DNA of 64,000 bases from Eubacteriales bacterium (GTDB taxonomy: Bacteria > Bacillota > Clostridia > Oscillospirales > SIG627), in assembly GCA_045602025.1 (NCBI GenBank), contig JAZSAT010000046.1, positions 8,778 to 72,777 on the forward strand. The letters are read 5' to 3'. Positions 56,796 through 64,000 of this stretch are shown here, piece by piece. The notes below the pieces were generated by a model, which ran no database searches, was not told the DNA's origin, and saw nothing but the letters and a program-made list of their open reading frames with translations. Each line of letters opens with the position of its first letter. Position 1 is the first letter of the stretch. Made by a program: the position numbers and the translations under genes.

Positions 56796-57308
56796 ATGAT
56801 GAAAAAAAGCCTAATCGTCTCATGTTTTGTTCTTCTTACTCTTTTATTCTTATTTTGCAGCTGCAAAAAAGCAGATAACGCCCCCTCTGTAAAAATTGAC
56901 ACTGAAAAAAGATATTTGGTCTCGATAAAAATCGACGACTTTGAAGGCAAAGGCGAGATCTTTTATGACAAAAACAAAAATCTTCATTTACTTCACACCG
57001 ATCCAACTTCACCTCTTTTTTCAATGGAAGAAATCTTTGGCGAAAAAAGCGTAAAAACCCGTTTCAAGGATTTGGAATATGAACAGGATCTTTTTATCAG
57101 CGGTACCGCAATCCTGAAAAACATTTTTGATCTTTTAGGAAGTGAAAATGGAAAAAAAGTCAGCGGAAAAGGAGAAATAAAGACAGAATTTGCAGACGAA
57201 AACTATCGTTTTACTCTCTATTCCGAAAAAGAAACGACCGAAGAGCAAAAAATAATCGGTAGCGGTTGGAACAGTAATTTTGCAATCATTTTCATTCCGG
57301 CCGCATAA
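56796..57308 (+). CDS. hypothetical lipoprotein
   Basis: Signal peptide MMKKSLIVSCFVLLTLLFLFCSC with a lipobox-like LFCSC. RBS AAAGGAG. Confidence 0.6.
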   Translation: MMKKSLIVSCFVLLTLLFLFCSCKKADNAPSVKIDTEKRYLVSIKIDDFEGKGEIFYDKNKNLHLLHTDPTSPLFSMEEIFGEKSVKTRFKDLEYEQDLFISGTAILKNIFDLLGSENGKKVSGKGEIKTEFADENYRFTLYSEKETTEEQKIIGSGWNSNFAIIFIPAA

Positions 57309-57391
57309 AATATCAATGGCGGAATAAAAGCAAAAACGCATGGCAACAATAAAAACAAACAAAAAGCATAATGCGTTTAGGAGTGAAAAAA

Positions 57392-57736
57392 TTGAATGTA
57401 AAAAGAGGAGATATTTATTATGCAGATCTGAGTCCGGTTATCGGCTCGGAGCAAGGAGGAGTCCGACCCGTTGTTATTGTACAAAATGATGTGGGAAACA
57501 AACACAGTCCGACCGTAATCGCAGCAGCCATTACAAGCAAAACGACAAAAACGAAGCTTCCCACTCACATAGAAGTATACGCCGAACAAAACGGACTTTG
57601 CAAAAACTCGGTCATACTCCTGGAACAAATACGTACAATAGATAAGAAAAGACTCAAAGAAAAAATGGGTCACCTGAAAGACGAAACGATGGCAGAGGTA
57701 AACAAAGCGATCAACATCAGTTTCGGTTTATCCTAA
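57392..57736 (+). CDS. mazF: MazF/PemK/EndoA-family endoribonuclease toxin
   Basis: (L)[35 protein letters not shown]...TVIAAAITS, a canonical MazF. I chose the TTG start at 57392, behind AGGAGTG. No antitoxin ORF is adjacent. Confidence 0.85.
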   Translation: MNVKRGDIYYADLSPVIGSEQGGVRPVVIVQNDVGNKHSPTVIAAAITSKTTKTKLPTHIEVYAEQNGLCKNSVILLEQIRTIDKKRLKEKMGHLKDETMAEVNKAINISFGLS

Positions 57737-57742
57737 CAATCT

Positions 57743-57778
57743 CACCCTGATCAAAAGCCCTTGATCAGGGTGTTTTTT
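57743..57778 (+). terminator. intrinsic terminator after mazF
   Basis: CACCCTGATCAA-AAGCCC-TTGATCAGGGTG followed by TTTTTT. Confidence 0.8.
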
Positions 57779-57789
57779 GAAAAGAAAGG

Positions 57790-57818
57790 TTGACAAAATC
57801 TGTTTGATATCTTATAAT
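57790..57818 (+). promoter_or_regulatory. sigma-A type promoter of the HTH-glmM operon
   Basis: TTGACA (57790-57795), 17 nt spacer, TATAAT (57813-57818). Confidence 0.7.
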
Positions 57819-57901
57819 ATTTATGTCAAAAAAATGTGTTTTTTGATTTTTTGCAACCTGAAGTTGCATTTTAGCTACTCCAAAATAAGAAGGAGAAAAT
57901 T

Positions 57902-59515
57902 ATGACAATTGGTAAAAAAATAACAAAACTTCGCACCGAACACGGTATCTCGCAGGAACAGCTTGCGGAAAAGATTAATGTTTCTCGTCAGTCTGTTTCC
58001 AAGTGGGAAATGGATCAAGCACTTCCTCAGATCGACAAGGTACTTCTTCTGTGTGAGCTTTTTAACATTTCAACCGACACCCTTCTTCATGAAGATGCCC
58101 CTCTCCCCATTCTTGAAGAAAACAAAAAGAATAAATACTTCGGCACCGACGGCTTTCGCGGTGAAGCCAACAAAAACCTTACTTCCATGCACGCATACAA
58201 AGTAGGACGCTTTTTGGGTTGGTACCTATCCTCTTCTCATTCAGGAAGATCTAAAAATGAAAGGCCCAGAATCGTTATCGGAAAAGATACGAGAAGATCC
58301 AGTTATATGCTGGAATACTCCATCGCAGCCGGCATTACTGCCTCCGGTGCCGATGTTTATATGCTCCATGTTACGACTACCCCCAGCGTTTCATATGTAA
58401 CCAGAACAGATAATTTTGATTGCGGTGTTATGATCACCGCCTCCCATAATCCCTACTATGACAACGGTATCAAGGTAATCAACCGCTACGGTGAAAAGCT
58501 TGAGGACAAGGTTACCGCTTTGATTGAAGCTTACCTTGACGGCAACATGAAGGCCCTCGGTCTGAATACACCGGATCTTCCCTTTGCGACCAAAGAACAT
58601 ATTGGCTGTATTGTTGACTATGTAGCCGGCAGAAACCGCTATGTTGCATATTTGATCTCCCTCGCAAGCCACTCCTACAGAAAGCTCAGAATCGGTCTTG
58701 ACTGTGCAAACGGTGCCTCCTGGATGATTGCAAGAAATGTGTTTAATGCGCTGGGTGCGCAAACCTATGTGATCGGTGATGATCCCGATGGACTAAATGT
58801 AAATTTGGACTGCGGCTCCACCCACATGGAAAAGCTTTGCGAGCTTGTGAAGGAAGAGCACCTTGATTTTGGTTTTGCTTTTGACGGCGACTGCGACCGC
58901 TGTATCGCAGTAGATGAAAACGGAAATGTGGTAGACGGCGACAAGATGATGTATATTCTCTCCAAACGCCTGAAAACCAGAGAAATGCTGAATAAAGACA
59001 CCCTTGTGGCAACCGTTATGACAAATAGCGGCTTAATTGCAAGTCTTGACAAGATCGGCGTAAAAATGGAGCAAACTGCTGTAGGTGACCGTTTTGTCTA
59101 TGAATGCATGCAGAAAAACGACTATTCTCTCGGTGGAGAACAGTCAGGTCACATCATCCTCAAAAAATACGCAACCACCGGCGACGGTCTTCTTACCGCT
59201 ATTATGCTTGCAGAAGAAATCTGCGACTCCAAATCTACGCTTTCCAAGCTCTGTGCAGATGTTATTTTGTATCCTCAGCGTACCATCAATGTAAGAGTAA
59301 AAGATAAAAATGCAGTATTATCCGATGAAACGGTTTTGGCTGAAACAAAAAAAGTAGAAAGCCTGATCAACGGAAAAGGGAGAGTACTGCTCCGTCAGAG
59401 CGGTACCGAGCCTGTTGTGCGTGTTATGATCGAGTGTGAGGACAAAGATCTTTGCGTTGCCTACGCTCAGCAAATTGCAGACAAGATTCTCGAGGGAGGA
59501 CACGGCATTGAGTAA
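57902..59515 (+). CDS. glmM: XRE-family HTH domain fused to phosphoglucosamine mutase
   Basis: Residues 1-65 are a Cro/C1-type HTH (KLRTEHGISQEQLAEKINVSRQSVSKWE). From residue ~78 a complete GlmM follows: YFGTDGFRG, ITASHNP, FDGDCDR, GGEQSGH, RQSGTEP. It is a single uninterrupted ORF. Confidence 0.8.
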   Translation: MTIGKKITKLRTEHGISQEQLAEKINVSRQSVSKWEMDQALPQIDKVLLLCELFNISTDTLLHEDAPLPILEENKKNKYFGTDGFRGEANKNLTSMHAYKVGRFLGWYLSSSHSGRSKNERPRIVIGKDTRRSSYMLEYSIAAGITASGADVYMLHVTTTPSVSYVTRTDNFDCGVMITASHNPYYDNGIKVINRYGEKLEDKVTALIEAYLDGNMKALGLNTPDLPFATKEHIGCIVDYVAGRNRYVAYLISLASHSYRKLRIGLDCANGASWMIARNVFNALGAQTYVIGDDPDGLNVNLDCGSTHMEKLCELVKEEHLDFGFAFDGDCDRCIAVDENGNVVDGDKMMYILSKRLKTREMLNKDTLVATVMTNSGLIASLDKIGVKMEQTAVGDRFVYECMQKNDYSLGGEQSGHIILKKYATTGDGLLTAIMLAEEICDSKSTLSKLCADVILYPQRTINVRVKDKNAVLSDETVLAETKKVESLINGKGRVLLRQSGTEPVVRVMIECEDKDLCVAYAQQIADKILEGGHGIE

Positions 59516-60170
59516 AAAAGTAAAAACCTCAGATCTTTTCGAATCTGTTCCCGAGCACCTGAAGCCTTTTTTTGATCAAACTACATATCCTTGGGAGCTT
59601 CTTCCGGAAATTAAAAACATTGTCAAAACCTTCCTTGAAAACGGACTGGAGGGCTATACCGTTTATGCTGAAGGCATTTTAATCGGAGAAAATGTAAAAA
59701 TCCACCCAAATGCCGTTATCGAAGCACCTGCCATTATCGGTGCAGGCACGGAGCTTCGCCCCGGTGCTTTTCTGAGAGGAAATGTTATTTGCGGCGAGGG
59801 CTGCGTGATCGGTAACTCCACAGAGCTGAAAAACTGTATTCTCATGGACCGTGTTCAGGTTCCTCATTACAACTATGTAGGTGACTCTATTTTGGGCTAC
59901 CGCGCTCATATGGGCGCAGGTTCCATTTGTTCCAATTTAAAAAGCGATGGAAAAAATGTTGTGATCCGCGGTGAAAAGAGCATTGAAACCGGTCTCAGAA
60001 AAATCGGTGGCATCCTCGCTGATTATGCTGATATCGGTTGCGGCAGTGTTTTAAATCCCGGTACTGTTATCGGCAAGAACACATCCGTATATCCTCTTAC
60101 CTCTCTCAGAGGTGTCTATCCGGAAAACAGCATTGTAAAAGACACAAAAACGGTTGTACCGCGTAAATGA
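59508..60170 (+). CDS. left-handed beta-helix (hexapeptide-repeat) acyltransferase, GlmU C-terminal-like
   Basis: Hexapeptide repeats (IGENVKIHPNAVIEAPAIIGAGTELRPGAFLRGNVICGEGCVIGN...). I chose the TTG start at 59508, 7 nt after GGAGGA. It overlaps the glmM stop. Confidence 0.65.
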   Translation: MSKKVKTSDLFESVPEHLKPFFDQTTYPWELLPEIKNIVKTFLENGLEGYTVYAEGILIGENVKIHPNAVIEAPAIIGAGTELRPGAFLRGNVICGEGCVIGNSTELKNCILMDRVQVPHYNYVGDSILGYRAHMGAGSICSNLKSDGKNVVIRGEKSIETGLRKIGGILADYADIGCGSVLNPGTVIGKNTSVYPLTSLRGVYPENSIVKDTKTVVPRK

Positions 60171-60173
60171 ATA

Positions 60174-60212
60174 AAAAAAGCAGCAGATCAAATTTGATCT
60201 GTTGCTTTTTTT
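60174..60212. terminator. bidirectional intrinsic terminator
   Basis: AAAAAAGCAGCAGATCA-AAT-TTGATCTGTTGCTTTTTT. Confidence 0.75.
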
Positions 60213-60897
60213 AGTATAAAATAATCTGCTTTTTCAAAAATATCTCTTTATAATGATTGATCTCATCATCAGAAAATAAACTATCCTTAAAATCAAGAAT
60301 TACACTTTTTATATATCGTAAATTTGAAATAAATGCTGCAAGTTCTTCTCCTGAGTGGTCATTGATCCCTTTCAAAACCGGGATCAGGATCCGATACGGA
60401 TAAGCCCGCTTTTCCAAAAACGAAATTGTCTCAAGTGTATGCCTCACATCCGGAAGAAAAACATCGGAGGAAAAATCTTTTTCCGACGAAAAAAGTCGCA
60501 AAATATAAAGGTCAACATACCCATCGAGAAGATCATATGCAAATGAGGGACACATTCCGCAAGTATAGATTTGAAGAGTCATTCCCATATCTTTTATTTC
60601 CTTTGCAACATCCTTGCAGAAAAAAGGATCGGAAAGCGGCTCTTGTCCAAGGAAAGTGATGCCAAGATTTTTCGTATAGCAAAGCATTTTTTCTTCCCTA
60701 AGATAAGCGGCGAGCTCTTTCTCTGAATAAGTTTCTTTTTCAAGGCTGTCTTCGGTAAAATCGTGTTCAGGCAAAAAGGAATAGCAACTGCATAGCTGAT
60801 GACAAGCACCAACACAATCCGAAAAGACGACACCTGTTCTTGTGCCATCGCCTAAATCGGTGCGGTAATGCAAAAAACCTGCAATACGCTTTTTCAA
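60211..60897 (-). CDS. glycyl-radical-enzyme-activase-like protein with a non-canonical Cys motif
   Basis: I chose the TTG start at 60897, 7 nt after GGAGG. The architecture follows PFL-AE (GDGTRTGVVF, GITFLGQEPL, VDLYILRL, ILIPVLKGIND). In place of CxxxCxxC it has DCVGACHQLCSC. Confidence 0.5.
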   Translation of the reverse strand: MKKRIAGFLHYRTDLGDGTRTGVVFSDCVGACHQLCSCYSFLPEHDFTEDSLEKETYSEKELAAYLREEKMLCYTKNLGITFLGQEPLSDPFFCKDVAKEIKDMGMTLQIYTCGMCPSFAYDLLDGYVDLYILRLFSSEKDFSSDVFLPDVRHTLETISFLEKRAYPYRILIPVLKGINDHSGEELAAFISNLRYIKSVILDFKDSLFSDDEINHYKEIFLKKQIILY

Positions 60898-60954
60898 CAA
60901 ATCACCTCCTTTTTCTCTATCATAACAAAAAGACAGCAATAAGTAAAGTTTCAT

Positions 60955-60983
60955 GTATATTCTTCTTTCCGGGCTCATATGTT
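60955..60983 (+). promoter_or_regulatory. possible sigma-E-type sporulation promoter of spoIVA
   Basis: GTATATT, 14 nt spacer, CATATGTT. This resembles the mother-cell sigma-E consensus (kmATATT-N14-CATACAmT). It lies about 35 nt upstream of the spoIVA ATG. Confidence 0.4.
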
Positions 60984-61017
60984 TTACCAAAACGAGTACC
61001 ATCAAAGGAGAGGGAAA

Positions 61018-62499
61018 ATGACAGAGAACACCAGCATTTATCAAGACATCGCCAAAAGAACCGGTGGAGATATTTACATCGGTGTTGTTGGCCCTGTCAG
61101 AACGGGAAAATCCACCTTTATCAAGCGATTTATGGAAAATGTAGTCTTACCGAAAATGGAAGAAACTGCAGAAAAATCGAGAGCGATCGATGAGATGCCG
61201 CAAAGCGGTAACGGAAAAAATGTAATGACTACGGAACCGAAATTTGTTCCGGAACGAGGGGTTCGGATTGAAACCGAGGAAGGCCTTGGTTTTCAAGTGA
61301 AGCTTATTGACTGCGTCGGCTTTCCTGTTCCGGGAGCAAGCGGCCTTGAGGAAGACGGCAAATCGCGTATGGTCAATACCCCCTGGTCTGCCGAAGCACT
61401 CCCCTTTGAAGAAGCGGCAAGTGTCGGCACAAAAAAAGTAATAGAAGAACACGCAACGGTCGGCGTTGTTATCACCACCGACGGAAGTTTTGGCGAGATT
61501 CCGAGAGAGTCATATCTCAAAGCAGAAGAAGATATCATTCAAAGAATGAAAAAAACAAAAAAGCCTTTCGTTGTAGTCTTAAATTCGGCACATCCCGAAA
61601 CCGATGAAACAAAGTCTCTTTCAAAGCTTTTGGAAGAAAAATATAAGGTTAGTGTTTTACCGAAGAATTGTTTCTCTATGGAGGAAGAGGATTTTCTCCA
61701 AATTATCGGAAAAATTGTATTAGAATTTCCGATCCGTGAAATCGGCTTAAAGCTCCCGGCTTGGATCCTAAACTTGGAAGAAGGAAAAGAGACAAAAACG
61801 AAAATTTTAGCTGATTGGGAATTAAAAATGCAGGGAATCGCAAAAACCGGAGAGATCTTTGACTGCATTGATTCCTTTTCGGAGAACGAAATTTTTGAAG
61901 CAGTACAGATAGAAAATTCGGATCTTGGCAATGGAGAAATACAGATCAAAATTTCCATTGACAAAAAATACTTTTACAAGATCTTAACAGATGCTTGTGA
62001 CACAAAAATTGAAAGCGAAGAAGAGCTTGTAAAAATGTTTTGTATGCTTGCGGATCAAAAAAAGAATTATGATAAGATCGCAAAAGCACTTGAAGAGGTA
62101 AACGAAAGCGGATACGGCATCGTTACTCCCGAAATTGAAGATCTTAGATTGGAGGAGCCGGAAATCGTCAAGCAGCCCGGTGGGTATGGCGTAAAGCTGA
62201 AGGCAAGCGCACCCTCCATTCATATGATCCGTGCAAATATTCAAGCTGAAATTTCACCAATCGTCGGAAGCGAGAGGCAGTCAGAAGATATTGTCAAATT
62301 TCTTTTAGAAGAATTTGAAGAAGATCCAACCAAGATCTGGCAGTCCAATATGTTTGGAAAATCCCTTTATGAGCTTGTAAACGAGGGACTGAACACCAAA
62401 CTGAACCATATGCCGCAGGAAGCAAGAGCAAAGCTTGCGGAAACCCTCCAAAAAATCATCAATGAAGGTAGCGGCGGTCTTATTTGTATCATTCTGTAA
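61018..62499 (+). CDS. spoIVA: stage IV sporulation protein A (spore coat morphogenetic ATPase)
   Basis: MTENTSIYQDIAKRTGGDIYIGVVGPVRTGKSTFIKRFME..., 493 aa. The N-terminus and Walker A are highly conserved SpoIVA features. Confidence 0.93.
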   Translation: MTENTSIYQDIAKRTGGDIYIGVVGPVRTGKSTFIKRFMENVVLPKMEETAEKSRAIDEMPQSGNGKNVMTTEPKFVPERGVRIETEEGLGFQVKLIDCVGFPVPGASGLEEDGKSRMVNTPWSAEALPFEEAASVGTKKVIEEHATVGVVITTDGSFGEIPRESYLKAEEDIIQRMKKTKKPFVVVLNSAHPETDETKSLSKLLEEKYKVSVLPKNCFSMEEEDFLQIIGKIVLEFPIREIGLKLPAWILNLEEGKETKTKILADWELKMQGIAKTGEIFDCIDSFSENEIFEAVQIENSDLGNGEIQIKISIDKKYFYKILTDACDTKIESEEELVKMFCMLADQKKNYDKIAKALEEVNESGYGIVTPEIEDLRLEEPEIVKQPGGYGVKLKASAPSIHMIRANIQAEISPIVGSERQSEDIVKFLLEEFEEDPTKIWQSNMFGKSLYELVNEGLNTKLNHMPQEARAKLAETLQKIINEGSGGLICIIL

Positions 62500-62506
62500 A
62501 AAATAG

Positions 62507-62537
62507 AAAAAACAGGGCAATGCCCTGTTTTTTTCTT
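62507..62537. terminator. bidirectional intrinsic terminator
   Basis: AAAAAACAGGGCA-A-TGCCCTGTTTTTTT. Confidence 0.8.
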
Positions 62538-62584
62538 TGATAAAATCCTTGAAAAATATCAAATTGAATGATATAATAAATTGA

Positions 62585-63121
62585 TTAATTGTCTGCACAG
62601 CATATCGGCTTAAAATAGGAACGGGGATGCTTGCAAACAGGACAGATTTCCGGTGCGCTTTCTGATGAGTGTCTTTGCCCGCAATTTTGGCAGATCCACC
62701 ATATTTTTTCGCCCTTGGAAAACACCGCGCCGTTTTCTACCATATAGCCTTGCTTTTCAAATCGCTCACGGTGTTCGTTTTCGATCTGTCCGACCATTTC
62801 AAATGTTGCCGCAATGGAGTCGAACCCTTCCTCCCTTGCCACCTTTGCAAAGCCGGGGTACATTTCACAGCTTTCATGTTTTTCGGATGCCGCAGCTGCA
62901 AACAGGTTTTTATCTGTTGTGTTCAAACAATTCAATAGCTCAAGATATATTTCAGCATGTGCTTTTTCATTATCTGATGTTTCTTTAAAAATTGCTGAAA
63001 TATTCTCAAAGCCATCCTTCTTTGCTCTTTTTGCAAAGAATTCATACAGAATTGCAGCTTGTGCTTCTCCACTGATCGCACTTCGTAAATTTTGTTCCGT
63101 TTTACTCCCGATTAGTTCCAT
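62585..63121 (-). CDS. rbr: rubrerythrin
   Basis: Start at MELIGSKTEQNLRSAISGEAQA. Ferritin-like di-iron motifs (E..H), plus a C-terminal rubredoxin-type CQNCG...CPVC. Confidence 0.88.
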   Translation of the reverse strand: MELIGSKTEQNLRSAISGEAQAAILYEFFAKRAKKDGFENISAIFKETSDNEKAHAEIYLELLNCLNTTDKNLFAAAASEKHESCEMYPGFAKVAREEGFDSIAATFEMVGQIENEHRERFEKQGYMVENGAVFSKGEKIWWICQNCGQRHSSESAPEICPVCKHPRSYFKPICCADN

Positions 63122-63184
63122 AATTAACCTCCTGTTTTTTCTTATTTTACACAAACAGTTATTAAATTATTCAAAGGAATATTT

Positions 63185-64000
63185 ATGAATCTATACTCAT
63201 CAAAAGAAATGACCGATCTTTTGGAAAGACATGATTTCTTCTTTAAAAAGAATTTAGGTCAAAACTTTTTAATGAATGAAAGCATTGCTTATAAGATTGC
63301 TTTTGCATCCAGAGAAACGCTTCCCGAAGATGCAAAAACCTTAGCACTTGAGATCGGACCGGGCGCAGGCTCCCTTACCTTACAGCTATCTAAGTTATTC
63401 GACAATGTGCTTGCTTTGGAGATCGATCCTCACCTGATCGGTGTTCTTGAAGAAAGCCTCTCAGAACAGAAAAATGTTCTCGTGATCCAAACTGACGCCC
63501 TAATGTTTGATTTGGAAAAAATATCGGAAATGTACCCCGATCATCAGATCGCTGTTTGCTCCAATCTCCCCTACTACATAACAAGCGAAATCATTATGAG
63601 GCTGCTCGAGAGTTCCCTTCCCATTGCCTCTATTACCGTTTTGATTCAAAAAGAAGCCGCTTCCCGTCTAACATCAAAACCCGGAGAGGACAATTTCGGT
63701 GCCATCACCGCTTCCGTTTCATATTATGCGAAAGCGGAAAAGCTTTTTTTGGTGGGTCCCGGCAATTTTATACCTCGTCCAAAGGTTGATTCTTCTGTTC
63801 TGAGGCTAATCCCACATAAAACTCCCCCAATTGAAGTAAATGACCGAAAACTACTGTTTCGCCTGATACGCGCAGCATTCTCCAATCGGAGAAAAATGCT
63901 ATCAAACACACTCTTCCCCCTTTTCACTGACTGTCTGTCAAAAGAAGAAATTGCCCACACCTTCAGTCAAATCGGAATTGATCCCACAAGGCGCGGCGAG
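63185..64000 (+). CDS. rsmA: 16S rRNA (adenine1518/1519-N6)-dimethyltransferase; 3' end off window
   Basis: Hand translation gives MNLYSSKEMTDLLERHDFFFKKNLGQNFLMNE...LEIGPGAGSLT...NLPYYITS. The frame is open to the window end, so it is absent from the ORF track. Confidence 0.9.
   Translation, partial: MNLYSSKEMTDLLERHDFFFKKNLGQNFLMNESIAYKIAFASRETLPEDAKTLALEIGPGAGSLTLQLSKLFDNVLALEIDPHLIGVLEESLSEQKNVLVIQTDALMFDLEKISEMYPDHQIAVCSNLPYYITSEIIMRLLESSLPIASITVLIQKEAASRLTSKPGEDNFGAITASVSYYAKAEKLFLVGPGNFIPRPKVDSSVLRLIPHKTPPIEVNDRKLLFRLIRAAFSNRRKMLSNTLFPLFTDCLSKEEIAHTFSQIGIDPTRRGE

Noticed and set aside
1-64000. CRISPR arrays, IS elements, integrases or prophage genes
   Set aside because: No regularly spaced direct repeats were found. 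No transposase, integrase or recombinase-like ORFs appear in the six-frame track. All long ORFs are accounted for by the genes listed.

Overview
About 64 kb of chromosome from a low-GC, spore-forming Firmicute, probably Clostridia-like (spoIVA, rubrerythrin, PurO-type IMP cyclohydrolase, ECF S-component). Most of it is conserved housekeeping. From 1 to 35 kb almost everything lies on the minus strand. (a) A purine operon, purE-purF-purM-purN-purO-purH-purD, sits behind a promoter and a ZTP (pfl) riboswitch. (b) A pyrimidine operon, pyrC-carB-pyrK-pyrD-pyrF-pyrE-pyrB, is translationally coupled to a guaB-like gene. (c) Next come radC, a capA-like gene, gdhA, tcdA, an ABC-F ATPase, and a P-type ATPase behind a yybP-ykoY (Mn2+) riboswitch. 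(d) The origin-type cluster rsmG-mnmG-mnmE-jag-yidC-yidD-rnpA-rpmH is present, but without dnaA or parAB. From 35 to 50 kb there are mixed small operons: coaW, a radical SAM gene, ddh, coaX plus an ECF S-component, tRNA-Leu, mnmM, a YtrA-type GntR-ABC module, GH43, YbaK, GtrA and small membrane proteins. This stretch ends at a tRNA-Thr/tRNA-Tyr pair. The most interesting locus is the three-gene operon at 50201-55319. It encodes a TerB-N/TerB-C-like protein, a DUF2791/BrxC-like P-loop ATPase and an Lhr-like SF2 helicase. I read it as a Shango-type (SngABC-like) anti-phage or DNA-processing system. It is inserted next to the tRNA genes, with no integrase, and is followed by a VTC/DUF4956 pair. 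Other unusual points: an orphan MazF toxin, an XRE-HTH::GlmM fusion, PyrB fused to only the Zn domain of PyrI, a PurF lacking its Cys1 nucleophile together with carB lacking carA, and a glycyl-radical-activase homologue with a non-canonical Cys motif. All calls come from reading the sequence and ORF translations. No database searches were run.
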